NCBI GenBank assembly: GCA_023213395.1
Contig: CM041465.1
Span: forward strand, 82,467,741-82,531,740
Length of the DNA: 64,000 nt
Direction: 5' to 3'
From: Cycas panzhihuaensis
Lineage: Eukaryota > Plantae > Cycadophyta
Shown here: positions 40,701 to 55,084 of the stretch, in pieces
Position numbering within the stretch: position 1 is the stretch's first letter
How the letters are laid out: the number at the start of each line of letters is the position of its first letter
Notes under the pieces: generated by a model
What the model was told of the DNA's origin: nothing
The model's input: only the letters and a program-made list of their open reading frames with translations
Database searches by the model: none
Made by a program: the position numbers and the translations under genes

Positions 40701-43700
40701 TGTATGTAGGTTGATTGACTGCATAACTGATCATTTTATGGATTACGATCAAGTCTTGAGATCGCGATCATGATCATAGTTAGACCTGTTGATTGTGATC
40801 ATAGCAAGTGATCAAGTTCTCTGATTACGGTTAAGAAACAAAAAATGTAACTCCTTTGTTATTTTTGTAACGAAGAGATAATTATAGCTATCTATCATTT
40901 AATTGTATCAATGTAATGAATTAAAGTGTGTTAACTTTAGGATTTCTTTCTCATTTTTTGTATGTAATCGACTAGTTTATAGCCATTTGTATTTTTTGGT
41001 CTAATTTCTTCTTATGTATTATTTTAGGGGCTATGTCTGGTTGTGAGAGGACCAGATGTACTTCCCCTTCTAATAATAAAGTAGTTGGTTTTGCATCAAA
41101 TGATAAGATGTGTTCTTAGTGTCTTCAATATTGTACGTGATGTAAGTTTATAGGCCAAGAAGCACACATTGATTTCATTGCCCTCAGACATGAACCTAGG
41201 AAGAAGTAGGTGAAATGATGGACATTCGAAGCTAGAATAGGCATTGGGTCTTCCCATGCTACCAAAGACCAACTCGAGAATTAAACGAAAAACATGTAGA
41301 GAATGTAGCAATTCTTGGGATGGAATGTGTAAGTCACACTTTGTCATCCCATAAAAATGATAGGTGAAGAGGAGACCACCTATGGGGCCAACCAAGAAAA
41401 AAATGATAGCCCCAAGAAATGGTGAACAAAACACTAAAGCAATAGCCCTGATTGTAATCAAACAATTATTCAAAGAAATTGAAATGCAAACTGAGTGAGA
41501 GGAAATTTTTTTGAAGGAAAGTCAATGGTGTGTAGGAGAGGAAGATCTAGTGAGCCTAATTAACCAGGGGAATCAACAATTACTAAGTTCAACCACACCA
41601 TCTGAATCTTTCTCAATTAAAAGAATTGAGGATTGGAGTACTTCTGGTGGAGGTTGGGAACATCCCACTCCAAAAGAATAGACACCTTACAACCAACGTC
41701 ATAATCCTCTATATGTAAAGATGGTGGAGAGTTTCATTGGATCACTTTTGTGGGGCCCATTAGTTGAAAACAACATTCTACCAAGAGATGGAATAGGTAG
41801 TTTGTTTCCTGGAATAAGTGTGACCTCAATAGTGGGAAATAACCCATCAAGAAGTCGAGGTAATCAACCTTCAACAAATGTTATAACCCTAAGAAGTATT
41901 GCCATAGGAGGAGGTAATGTACCACTAGGAAGTGGTTTGGTAGGAGGTCATGTGCCAAGTGGCTAGACATAGGCCATGGCCCCTTATGTAATTGTACATA
42001 ATGATGCAACCTTTGGTACCTTGCAATATGATGGGTCAGGTGACCCTGTAGACCTTTTGGTTTTGTTTATGAATTTGTTGAAAATAAAGAAAATCCAAGA
42101 TCTTGATGAAATTAAAACAAGATTCTTTGCAATGTTGAAAGGGGTAGCAATATCCTGGTACTAGTATGGGATCAGATATAAATTCTTTTTTTGGATTGAC
42201 TTTAGAAGTTGAGAGACCCCATGGAAATTCTACAAGCACTGGAGGAAATTCAACAATTTCGAATAGAATCGGTGTTGGACTTTGATGGATGGATGAGAAA
42301 TATTATCGACAAGATGAATCCAACAACTCTGATTTCTCCCATGCATATTTTAAAGTATTTTTTTTCAAGGACTAACCTCATCTAAGGGAGAATGTAGACT
42401 TGCTTCCAATGACCAGTTACGAATAAGTCCATGATTTAGCTTTGAAATTTGAAAATCAAATGAGGATGACCTACCTACATCATTCACCTCAAATGGGATC
42501 CAATCTAGAGTTGGAAGTCTTGAGGTGTGAGGTGGAAGCTTTGAAGCGATAGCCTTTTATTTCACTTCTAGTAGGGCCTTAATATAATTAGGAAATGGAA
42601 TAGTTTCAAGCAAAGTTGGCAAGGTTGCAATTACAACAAAGCGTCCAAGAGAGAATGCATGGTGTCCCCTGCCTTGTAATCAACAAGGTCATATTTGAAA
42701 TGAGTACTAAGAGTTGTTAAGGGAAAATGGTGTGACATTTGCCAAATGAATAATCATAGCACTAGGGAATGTTGCTTTAACATTCAAAAGGCATCTAGAG
42801 GACAAGGATATGGAGGTTTTACATCAACACCTAAGATCCAAGATTCTTTCTACCAAAGGATGGATCGAGGATCATTCAAACAATATAAAGGGAGAACATA
42901 GTCAATCAGATGTCATTTGTGCTTGTAATAGTTGAATGGATTGCTCATTGGAAAAGAAAACGGGAGATTTCATTTGTAAGGAATACAGACCGTTCAATCA
43001 CGAATGGATGGATTGTCCAAAAAATCCCATTGTTCAAGCATAGAATTCTAATCTAGTTATGAAGATTCTTGACAAAAACGAAAGAGAAGTCTCATCCTAT
43101 TTGTAGACACAAAGTGGAAAAGTCTCAACAAATCTTGTTGCAAAAAAATTTCCAAATCCATGTGTGGAAAAGAAACAACTTCAAGAAGTTGTGGAAACCT
43201 TACAAGATGCCATGAAAATGGTGTAACAACAAGAGGTACAACAAGCAACTTAATTCAAAGGGCAAACATATAAGCAAAGGATAGCATTTCAAGAGCTCCA
43301 ACAACAAGAGGAAGTGATGATAGAGACAACAAAAAAGATGAATCCCTAACAAAGATTGCAATCAATGAAGGATTTGCTGATGGACTTGGGGGTCACTATC
43401 CAATTCCTATAGTGTTAAAGTAATGGGAAGTTGGATATTTCCAACAAATTGTCTTTGGTCAAATTAAGCAGTCCCTATTAAGGGCTTTTAAAAGCAATGT
43501 TATTGATCCATGCATACCAGTGGTCATATTTGGTACAACCATTTGTAAGACCATAGTGGACAGTGAATCTGGGGTTAATGAGTTGCCTAAAACCTATTGG
43601 ATTTCATTGGGAAGGCTAGAAATGGTATCCCTAGATTATTCTATAAGGCTGACAAATCAATTGCAAGTGAGACCAATGGGTACATTGATGAATATTCTAG

Positions 43701-46589
43701 TAATAGTGGTTGGAATCATTGTCTTGTTGAATTTTGCTATGGTGAGAATGTAAAATGATAAGAAAACATATCCAACACTGCTTGGGAGACCACGATTACT
43801 GCCTACTGAGGCAATTCAAGATTGGGGGAAGCTTACCTTCAAGCTCTTATTAGTTGGACGATCGGTCACTTTGTCTTTGTGCTTTGATGGACCAAATATC
43901 AAAAGGATCAAGGATGAAATTCCACCACAACAAATATTGGACTAACCTTGAGTCCCTGTTTGGAGATTGCTTATTAAGAACAAAGTACACCACGATCCTT
44001 GGAGAGCACCTAGTCCTCTCCATACTTGTTGAATTGGCTATAGAATGCATGGGAGTAAACATAACCAACAAATTGTTATTGATTGGAGGCATTCCCAGAT
44101 TTGACTTCATAGGATGAGGAAGTGGACATTGCGGAGGAGGATGAAGAACATTAGACTACAACATCTGAAGTTAGTATAGAAGAGTTGTTCAAAGTAGCAC
44201 AAAGTCTGAGTAAAGAAGGAAAGATAGCAAACTAGCAAGAGATACCAACGTTACAAGCTATTCTAGGTAATCCAAAATTTTTTACTAAAGTTTTTGAAAA
44301 ACTTCCATAGTTTTGAGGCAAAAAGGGATTTGTTGAAAAGCATGTAAAACAATGTGTAACAATTTAGAATAATAATCAATGGCAGGAATAATTTTCAATG
44401 TATCTCTTTCCCTTATCCTTGATTGGGCAAGCTTTTGCTTGGTACTATGCACATCACACAAAGTTGCATAATTGGTCTTTGATGAAAACTAGATTTCGAA
44501 AAGAAATCATGAGCTAAAAAATTATATAATGACAGAGATCCATTCAAACATCTTTAGGATTGTGTAAAGATTTGGAAAGACAAGGGCATTGAACAACAGG
44601 AACGAGCTTATCATTGGGCCATCACATTTCAGTATATCAGCCAAAGTTGGTGTCATCATCATGAGAAATCACACATTGTAGAATGGAATGAATTGGAACA
44701 AGAATTTTGTATGATTTTTGCTTACTATAGCCTTGGTCCTTAGACACAAATAATATTTTTTTCAATAAAACAAAAGATGATGGCTCAAGATTTGGGATGT
44801 TTCAACATGTAAACAATAGAAAAGGATGGACAATGACTAGAACTAGACTCTCCTTTGGGACAAGGAAGTCAATTGAATCTTCATAACTTTTCTCTTGCAT
44901 ATTTTGCTATAGAATATGGAGACAAAACGATAGACTAGACACTTGCTTATGAGATACAAACAAATAGAACAATTGTCCAAGGAAAAGAATTGAAGTTATA
45001 AAACATTAACATCGAAATAGAAGAGCAACTCAAGTATGCCACCATGGGTAACTACTAGAATGAGGAGACTGTGAATAAAGGTACGACTCTTTTAATGGAA
45101 TACAAGGTTGTTTTTTCATGGTCCTATAAGGACCTTAAAGATATTCGGCTAGAATTGGTGGAACATAAGTCGACTTAATTGAAGGGGCAAGGCCAGTGAG
45201 GCAATGCCCATATAAAATGAATCCCAGATATAAGGAAAGGGTTAAGGAAGAATTAGATAATTTGCTGGAAGCTAGACACATTTTCAAACTTGAAAACAAT
45301 GAATTGGTGAGTCTTGTGGTAGTTGTTCCCAAAAAGAACAAAAAACTACAAGTTTGTGTGGACTATAGATCCTTGAATAAGGCCACTAAATGAGACCCAT
45401 TTCCTATTACATTCATTGAAGACATTTTAGAGAAGGTGGTTGGACATAGGTTTTCTCATTTAATGATGGATTCAGTGGATACAACCAAGTCCAAATTGTT
45501 TTAAAAGATCAATTGAAAACAACTTTTGTGACAAAGTGGGGCACTTATGCCTATCGTGTCATTCCTTTTGGCTTGACTAATGCACCAACCACCTTCCAAA
45601 GGGCAATTTTAAATATTTTTAAAGCAACTATAGGGAAAACTATTGAAGCCCTTTTAGATGATTGGACCTATACACTCTATTGATGAATCAGCTGGACAAT
45701 CAATGTCTAATGTTGGATATCTACAGGAAAAACAATTTGTGTTTAAATCCAAAGAAATGCAGCTTTTTAGTTCCCTTTGGCACATTACTAAGTCATGTGG
45801 TGTAAATACAAGTTTCATTTTTCTGACTGTATAGAGATGCAAGAACTTTTAAAGCTTCAATTGAGGTGGAGGTTTCACTAATATAGGTAAAAACAGAATC
45901 ACTTATGGACAAAGTGGTAATTGCTAATTCTTGCCTATCCCCTTTCTCCCAACTGACAAGTTTTATAGTATCTCCTGCAATTGTTTTTTTTTCTTTTTCT
46001 AATATCTGCTAGTTCAAAATTTTGGAAGGGGGGGGGAGATAAGTGAGATTTAAAAAATTTTGAATTTTTGGTCAAGTGAGGACACTGGACAAATTTGTGA
46101 TGGGGGAGATGTGTTCAGGTTAATTGATTGATTGACTGTATTTCAGATCATTTTTTTGGATTACAATCTAGTCTAGAGATCACGATCATGATCACAATCA
46201 AACTTGTGGATCATGATCATAGCAATTGATTGAGTTCTTCGATTGTGGTTAAGGAACAAAAAATGTAACTCCTTTTGTTATTTTTGTAATGAATAGATGA
46301 TTATAGTTGTTTGTCATATAAATGTATCAATGTAATGATTCAAGGTGTGTTAGCTTTAGGATTTGTTTCTCATTTTTGTATGTAACAGGCTAGTCTATTG
46401 CCATATGTATTTCTAGTCTAATTTCTTCTCATGTATTGTTTTAGGGGCTACAGTTGGTTGTGAGAGGACCAGATGTAGTTCCCTCTTTTGATAGTAAAGA
46501 AGCAATTGGTTTTTCATCGAATGATAATTTGTGTTCTTGGCATCTTCGGTATTGTATGTGATGTAAGTCTATAGGTTGACAAGCAGACA
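40701..46589 (+). mobile_element. Old non-chromovirus Ty3/gypsy element with both LTRs; gag-PR-(extra gag-like x2)-RT, with RH/INT deleted
   Basis: LTRs 40701-41168 and 46110-46589 (collinear, roughly 75-80% identical); PPT GATGGGGGAGA 46099-46109; flanks ATGAT/GTAAT, compatible with a decayed GTGAT TSD. Gag QYDGSGDP..LKGVAISWY, PR TIVDSESGVN, RT PYKMNPRYKERVKEEL..VCVDYRSLN..FLDDW. Confidence 0.85.
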
Positions 46590-49366
46590 GTAATCTGAGG
46601 TGATCTCTTGCAATCTCTAGAGGGAGATTTTGCCTCAAATCTCCTTTAAAAGGTGATCTTTTATTTCAATAATATTCTAATATGTGATTTTAACTGACAA
46701 AGTTGAAGATAATATTCAATGAAGAATTTTGTGATTCTTGCTATTGTTGCCTACTTACAATCTCAACCAAAACTAGTTGATAACCTTGCCTCTTTTATAT
46801 ACCATAATAGCAAATAGTAGTAGGAATGTGGAAAAAAAACCTTTTAGATTCAACAAATTTAATGGAGAAAAAGTAATCAAGCATTTGGCATACTGCCCCA
46901 TATTGACATTATTGAAATAAGAATGATTTGTAGAATCTTCCAATTTCAACAAGTTGAAAAGCTAGTGTTGAAAGAGAACCCAAAAAGAGAAACAATAACT
47001 TGAGGTTACTCGTGGTAACTTGAGGCACATTAACACTTTGGTGGTTTCATCACCTCTTGCGTGCACATTTCTTTGCCTTCTCCAAGTGTCTGATATAATT
47101 TCAAGGGCATATTAATTTGCTTGAGGATGAAGCATAAAAAGAAAAAAATGCCCCTAACACGAATGCCTGGAAGATTGCATGTTGATCTACACTTCCTTTG
47201 GTCTCTTGAGTGATCACTTCAGATGTAACAGTACCTCAATAGAAGTGACCACTATGTCTACATACAAACCATGATTTCTATAGTCTTCCTAGACTTGTGA
47301 AATCACGATCTAAGCACTCTACTAAATAGGTCATAGACAATGGGTAGAGATAGCGAAGACATAGAAGGAAGATGAAGGCAATGCTCCCTACTACATATTT
47401 TTCAACATGTGTACACTTGTGATCCTCCTAAAAATGTCAGATTTAGGTCTATTTCAAATGCTTGATGGTCAAATGGAGGGCCAGATTATCCATGCTTAGT
47501 GTCTTTTCAGAGATCTACTTCATCCCCCATGCTTAATGTCATTTGAGGGGTCTATTTCATGTTCAAATTCAATTAATAGCTAATGTACAATCTACAATTA
47601 ATGCTCATGCCCTTGCTTCCCTCTAAGGCATGTAATGTGAGTTATGTAGGGTCTGCAATTGACATTTCAAACCTTAAAAACCTCAAATATACTTTCCATT
47701 ATAGGGTTTGTGATTGGCATTCACTTCAAGCTATTGATTGGTTTGACTATTCAAACCTCAAATGGACACTCTAAAATCTTAAGTTGCTTGTGACATGAGT
47801 GACATTCAAATTTATCAGACTTTTGAATGATGTTCAAATATTCCCCCGACTTATTATTCACCCAAGCCATTGGTTTGCTTGTTGTGCTTTGATGGCGTCT
47901 ACATCATGGCAATTAACCCACAAATGGTAAGAATATGGAAGATGTTGTGGAAATGGGAACTTGTTATAGCAAAAATGAATTTGATCTTAGGTAGGACCAA
48001 CTTGCTTTGATACTAATGAAGTGAGCCTAACAAAGAATTTAACAGAAAATAATGTAAATAAGTTCAACAATTATGACAACATGCACAATAAATGAGGAAT
48101 CCAACAAATAATAATGATAAAAAATGAAATCAAAATATTAGAGTAATATATAGATGCCAGATGCTAGGTATCAAAGTACTCAAAGTGTAATTAACCCGTG
48201 GTGAAAAGAATAAAAAATGTCATGTTCATCTTTTGAAGGCTCCTGCATACACACGGTCATGACCCGACCTACCTTGACAATCTTGCATGTAGCATGATTA
48301 AGACACAATCGCAATGCACTAAGAATTCTCAACAATTCTAGCACCCAACTATATACTAAACTTGAATTTACAAAGGCTTTTGTGAGAGTAATGTACAACG
48401 GAATAAACATCTAAGGACGCATGTAAACCCAAGTCAGAAAGGTGCTTAACATTCATATATAAGATTTCTTCTGTTGTAACCCAGAATCATGTGAGAATTG
48501 CAAGTAACCATAACTAATTATTCATGCAGGAATTTACCATAGTCCAAGCTACATATCTAGTGATCTAAATTTGAATGGAAAAGTAAAAACTTAGTCCAAT
48601 CGAAACAAATTCAGAACAACATACAATAATAATACATTAAATTTGAAAATATTTAGATTTTTCCTTACAAAATTCCATATTTTGTGCTCTATTGAGCATG
48701 AATAGGACTGCTACAACAATTTGGGAGAGGAGAAATGTGTGACGGGCGTATTTCGGGCTACTACATACTCTTTGGTACTATTCCCAACGATCTATGTATA
48801 AAGTTTTGTTAGTCGTTCAGCCATAAAACCTTTCTTAGAGAAGATTTCCACCTAGGCATCTTTCTTGGATTGCTACGACTGGTTTTCGTCTTCCTTTGGC
48901 TACAACTAAGCCTTCTTGGGCTTCTTCAATGCCCCCACAAACAGATCTGGGCACTTTTCCTTTGCTTCTTCCATCCATTTCTTCTTTACACCTCTTTTCC
49001 TCCGTTTCTCCTACGTAATCTTTAGCTTGGAGCCATTCTTCTTCTTTGGAAAGCTATTTTGCATTATCTTCCCATAATGTTTGCTCCTCTTGCTGTGTTT
49101 ACAGTTGTTGGGCGTCCTTCTTCCTATTCCTGAAGAAATTCGGGCAGTTTCAAACCCTGCCATGCATTTTTCTTTTCTGAACAGTTTTCCCGTTTTAGTT
49201 TTTCAGCTAACTTTTTATCAGTTGAAAAACTAACTTAAAACCATTTAATCTAGGGTTTTTTTTCTTCTATTATGTAGAGGACACATAAAATCGTAATCCT
49301 AAAATTTTGTGCAAAACGGACTCCTTTTTCCTCGTCAAAATCACGTTGGTTTTTTCCGTTTTCTGG

Positions 49367-49480
49367 GTTGCACTTGTGGTCGCTTCAGGTTGCACTTGCA
49401 GTCCACTTGGTTGCACTTGTAGTCTACTTGGTTGCACTTGTAAACCACTTGGTTGCACTTATAGACCACTTGGTTGCACC
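49367..49480. repeat. 21-bp tandem repeat in the CRM-like 3' LTR (6 GGTTGCAC cores)
   Basis: Cores at 49367, 49388, 49409, 49430, 49451 and 49472. Confidence 0.9.
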
Positions 49481-52118
49481 TGCTTTGTATTTTTTAAGCA
49501 TATAAATGGCATTTTTCTACTAAATGAAGGTTACAAACATGAAAAATAAATATTAACAAAGCATTTTATACTAATTTTAAAGAGTATTATGAAATGAAAG
49601 ACCCGAAAACGGATCAAAACTTCCCTGTTTTAGGAGTTCATGGCCTCATGAACCTTATAGTTGTGGATGAGGGAATTTGACTTTCCCTTTCTCCCTTCTA
49701 TACCATTTTGCCTTGCTAGGCACTTGTCCTTGTTCTGCAATCCTGAAGGACTCGATTGTGCCTCTTCTAGTCTTGGTCTGCTTCCTTTGAAGAATGCAAT
49801 CATTTTGCATTGGTTCCTCTTTCTCTACTCGCAACTCCTCCAGATTTGGTAAGAATGGAACTCTATCTTCATCTTCATCCAACATGGAGGCTCGAACATC
49901 TTCAGATTCTTAACATTCACAACTGAATACATCTTCATGAATTCTAGAAGTTCAAGCTAGAAAGCATTTTCCCCAATCTTCTTTCAAGATTGTAAAAGGA
50001 CCATAACGTATAGGTTTTAGCTTTTTACCTTCACCTTGCAATTGTTTCTTACTGAGATGCAACCAAACTCTATCTCCTTCCTTAAAGGAATGGCTGGTTC
50101 TATGTGCATCATGCCTCTGTTTGTATCTCTGTTGAGATTTTTGAAGCTACTCCTCAACCTGTTGATGGATTTTTCTGATTCTTTCTAAGAATCTTTGTGC
50201 CTTCTCATCTTCTTCTTCCTCCTTTCCATTTCCTATAGAAAGTTGAGCAGAAAATTCTAGATCGAATGGACTTGTAGGCAGAAATCCCAAACATACCTCA
50301 AATGGTGATTTTTGAGTTGAGCTATGGATAGCTCTATTGAAGGCAAATTGCAAGTATGGGAGACTTTCATCCCAAGTCTTAGGATGCTTGGCATTGTATC
50401 CTCATAACAGCTGTACCAACGTCCTATTGACGACTTTAGTCTGGCCGTCTGTTTGAGGATGAAAGCCTTGCTTATCTTCAGCTTCGTATCCATCATTCCC
50501 CAAAGCATTTGCCAAAAATGACTCAAAAATTTGCCATCTCGATCAGAAATGATTAAGTTGGAAAGTCCAAACATGCTGAAAAAACAATCTAGCCATATCT
50601 TCCCCTGTATGTGTCTTCCTACAGGGAATCAACACTACCATTTTACTAAATCAATCAACAACTACAAACAAATAATCCATACCATTTTTGGTCCGTGGTA
50701 ATCCTTCGAGGAAATCCATGGAGATACTCTCCCATGGTCATGATGGAATAGGAAGTGGAGTGTACAATCCAAACTTCCTATTGGCCGGCTTTGATGTGCT
50801 ACACAATGTACATCCTCGTATTGCTGCAGTCACGTCCTACTGCATGTTTGACTACTACATATAATGTTGTAAATTTAGCAATGCCTTTCCCACTCCAAAG
50901 TGTCCTGCAACTCGAGAGGTGTGAGCTTCTCTTACCCACTTCATTCAGTCTGCATGCTTTGGAATACAAAGCTTATCTTGCTTGAAGAGGAGGCCATCTT
51001 TCAGCTGAAAATCAACAATTACTTTTCCTTGCTGTAACTGCTCAAAGATAGGCTTGAATGCCTCATCTTCCATATATAAATCAACATATTCATCATGGAA
51101 AAAAGGCTGAAATTGCATAGCTACCAACAAACTAGAAATACCTTGTTGTTGAGGAGGTCTGGACAACAAGCTTGCAATTTTATTTGCCATGCCTTTCTTG
51201 TACTTGACCACGATGTGAAACTGCTACAAATAGGACATCCACTTCATGTGCTTAGCCTGCTGCAATTTGGACTGAGTCTGCAAGAATTGCAAAGGCTTAT
51301 GGTCGGTGTGGATGATCACCTCTTTTCCCAACAAATACGGTCTCTGATTCTTGACTGCTTGGTGCAATGCATAGAGCTCCTTATCGTAAGTTGGGTAGTT
51401 TATGACAACTCCATTAAATATATCCGAATGGTATGCTATCAGTCTTCCCTCTTGCTTCAACACTGCTCCCATGGCATAGCCTGAAGCATCAGTCTCCAAT
51501 TCAAATGGTTTTTGCAACGAGGGTAAGGCTAACACTGGTGCCTCACAAATTTTTTGCTTTAAAATCCTAAAAGCTTTCTCTTGTTCATTCTCCCAATGAA
51601 ACTTCGCATGTCCTCCCGTCAATGCATGAAGAGGTGTTGCAATTTGAGAGAATCTAAAAATAAATTTTCTTAAATATTGACATGCACCAATGAAACTTCT
51701 TACCTCCGTGGTTGTCTTGGGTGTGGGCCAATTGAGAATGGCTCTAATCTTTGTTGGGTCAGTCTTTAATTCTCCTCCTCCAACTATGAAACCCAAGAAG
51801 ATGAGAGATTGCTTTCCAAAGTCGCACTTCTTCAAATTAAGTTTCAGTTGCTGCTCTTGGAGGACTTTGAGCACTTGCTCGACATGTTGGAGGTGCTCCT
51901 CCTAAGTATGACTGAAAATCAGAATATCATCTAAATAAACAATTACAAAGTCATCAATGAAAGGTCTTAATACCTCATTCATCAGCCCCATGAAGGTTGA
52001 AGGTGCATTACATAGACCAAAAGGCATCACCAACCATTCGAACAACCCTTGCTTCGATTTGAAGGCTGTCTTCCAAGTATCCTCCTCCCAACTTGCTAAA
52101 ATATCTTGCGGACTGTAG

Positions 52119-53444
52119 CTAGTCCAACAAGTCATCTATCTGTGGTAAGGGATGTTGATTCTTTATGGTGACCTTGTTCAAAGCCCGGTAGTTAATGCAT
52201 ATTCTCCATCCTCCATCTTTCTTCGTCACCAAAACAATAGGTGAACCACATGGGGAACATCTCAGCTTGATCACTTCTTGCTCCAAGAGTTCTTGAATTT
52301 GCCTCTTAATCTCTTCATTCTCCAAAACTGAGTTTTGATAGAGACTAAGATTGGGCAAAGGTGAATCAGCAACCAACTGGATTTCATGTTCAATTGCCCT
52401 CTTATGGGGTAGCCCTTTTGGCTCCTGGAATACGTCATTGTACCTATTCCTTAGGCCTTCTATTTGCTGCACTTGTTTCCTATCCAGTTCCTGCATTGAG
52501 GATTTTGCTTGCTCTTTTTCTTCCACCTTTTGCTTCACCATCATTAGCACAAACTTCCTACAAGCATTAATCAATCTTTTTCCTTGTTGGGACAATATGA
52601 GAGAAATCTTCTTTTGTGGCTTTGATGCATTGATCAGATATGATTTCCCGTCCTTGATAGGTCGAATCTTCCTCAACCTCCTATAATGAACTCCATCTCT
52701 ATCATAGAGATATGGGCTGCCAAACACAACTTGACAAACATCTAAAGGAACTACCTCACATTCAACTTCATCAATGAACTTTTCAGAAATTACAAATTTG
52801 AACTTACATTGGTGAGTAACCTGCAACTCTGAATCTTTTTGCAGCCATCCAAGAGGATATGGTTTAGGATGTGCATGCATTTTTAATCCCAGCTTCTTTA
52901 CCAATGCCTCTGATATTAAGTTCTTTGGGCTTCCTTTATCAAAGATGGCATCAACCATACTTTGTTTCACTTGGATTCTTACCATGAAGAACTCCTCTCT
53001 AATCTCTGGATCAACTTGTTGATGGTTGTTTTTAGGCTTCGCATTAGCCATAAGTATCAACTTCTCATTAGCTCCTTCAATGCCACAAACATCTTCATCA
53101 CCTACAGAGTTAAGTAAAGCTTTACCTCTAGTTTTAGCTTTACCTTTTCCCTTGTTCTTGGGTCGTTTCTCTGGGTGTAGGAACCAACAATCTTCTATGC
53201 TATGACCCGCTCGCTTACAATGTGTACAACTAATTTTGATTTGGGTGGCATTGGCTTGTTTCTTCTTGCCAAAACCCCCAGTGGGTTGTTTTCCAACTTT
53301 ACTTGGAAACTTCTTTCCTTGGGCAGGTTTGTTTCTACCTTCTTGAGGTGTAAACCTTTTCCTCTCAGCGAAAACCTTCTTGTTCCTCTTTTCTATGGCG
53401 ATCGCTTTTTTGCTGTCTTCATCAAGCGATTTAACTTCAAACAA
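52119..53444 (-). pseudogene. CRM-like gag C-terminus/zinc knuckle, protease and RT N-terminus (longest intact TE ORF, 441 aa)
   Basis: [14 protein letters not shown]; [13 protein letters not shown]; [27 protein letters not shown]. Confidence 0.88.
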
Positions 53445-55084
53445 TTGAAGTTCTTGCTGAATATGCTAATGCAACCCTTCAATATACTTCAAAATGATGT
53501 CTTTACCTAGTAAAGAGATGCCCAACACAACAGCTTGCTTTTAAAATTCTATTGTGTAATCTTGGACATTTTGGCCTTTTTCCTGTCGGTAATACTACCA
53601 TTTAATCCTCTGTTGCTCTTCATACCCAATAGGGTAGAATTTGCTTCTTTATGAGGATTTTAAATCGTTGCCATGTAATTTCATCTACATTATAGAATTT
53701 AAGGTATGCATTCCACCAAACTAATGCATGATTAGATAATTTTAACCTAGCAAAAGTAATTTTTTGCTATTGTTTATACCCATAAATGGAAAAATATGTT
53801 TCTAGTTGGTCCAACCAACCATCTAACTTTTCAGCATCTAAGGTTCATCATAAATGGGCAACTCAAGTTTTGCCTCTACCTTGAATGGATGTATTATTAC
53901 CGATGGACTTTCGTCTTCTTCCTCTTCTTGTTGGTCTTCTGCAGGTTCTTCATTTGTTTCCTCTTTCACCGGCTCATCTTCTTCCTTCTTTATGCCTTTG
54001 GCTGTTGAAGAAGTTGCATCTTGTTGAGAGACTAGTTGTGCCACAAGATGAGTTAGTTTGTCGAGGTTTTCTTCCATCTTCATGAACCTTTTCTCCATCT
54101 CTTGCTCTAGCTCAGCCATCTTCCTTCACTATCTACGCTCTCTCTCAAGCAGTTCGGTTAAAGGCTCGCCAGTCAACAAATACTGAAACCTAGTTTTCAT
54201 AAAAACATTTTCACAGCTAAAACAAAGAGGGTTTTTCTCTCTTTTGTCTTTAAAAATCCCTAAATTCCCAAGGGTTTCAAGAAACTAAGCTCCGATACCA
54301 AAAATATTGATCTGAATTTGAATGGAAAAGTAAAAACTGAGTCCAATTGAAACAAATTCAGAACAACATATAATAATGATACATTAAATTTGAAAATATT
54401 TGGATTTTTCCTTATTCCATATTTTATGCTCTATTGAGCATGAATAGGACTTCTACAGCAATTTGGGAGAGGAGGAATGTGTGTTGGGTGCATTTCAAGC
54501 TGCTACATACTCTTTGGTACCATTACCAATGATCTATATATGAAGTTTTGGTATCGTTGATAACCCTTTCTTCGAGAAGATTTCCACAGGTGATTTTTGG
54601 ACTACTGGTTTTTTTCTTCTTTTTGGCTACTTCTTCCTTCTTGAAGGCTTCTTCCCTTCTTCAATGCCCACTTTGGGCACTTTTCCTTTGCTTCTTCCGT
54701 CTGTTTCTTCTTTACACCTCTTTTCCTCCATTTCTCCTACACAATCTTTAGTTTAGAGCCATTCTTCTTCTTTGGAAAGCTATTTTGTATTATCTTCCCA
54801 TGATTTTTGCTCCTCTTGTTGTGTTTATAGTTGTTGGGCATCCTTCTTCCCATTCCTAAAGAAATCTGGGCAGTTTAAAACCCTGCTATACATGTTTCTT
54901 TTTCTTTTTCTGCTTTTTTTTTTTTTTTAACTTTTGATCGGTTGAAAAATTAACTTAAAACCATTTAATTTAGGGTTTTCTTTCTTCTATTGTGTAGAGG
55001 AAACATGTAAAATCGTCCTCCTCCTTTCGTCGTAAAAGCAGGACCTTTTCTCCACAAAAATTGCGTCCGTTTTTCCGTTTTTCA

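Larger units (their letters stand above)
26917..48185 (-). mobile_element. Reina-like chromovirus (Ty3/gypsy) acting as host for ~16 kb of nested insertions
   Basis: 3' LTR 26917-27333 (TGAAGTGAG..TGACA) with PPT TGGGAGGGCA on minus at 27334-27343. Chromodomain (IEYLIKWKGFPIEATTRE), INT, RH, RT and PR run from 27334 to 30725; decayed gag ~46960-47900; decayed PBS TAGTATCAAAGC 48004-48015. A matching LTR starts at 48017 and is interrupted at ~48186, so no TSD pair can be checked. Confidence 0.75.

Noticed and set aside
49270-49549. Cys-rich (GCTCSPL)n ORFs resembling metallothionein, also at 55061-55299
   Set aside because: Translation of the 21-bp LTR tandem repeat.
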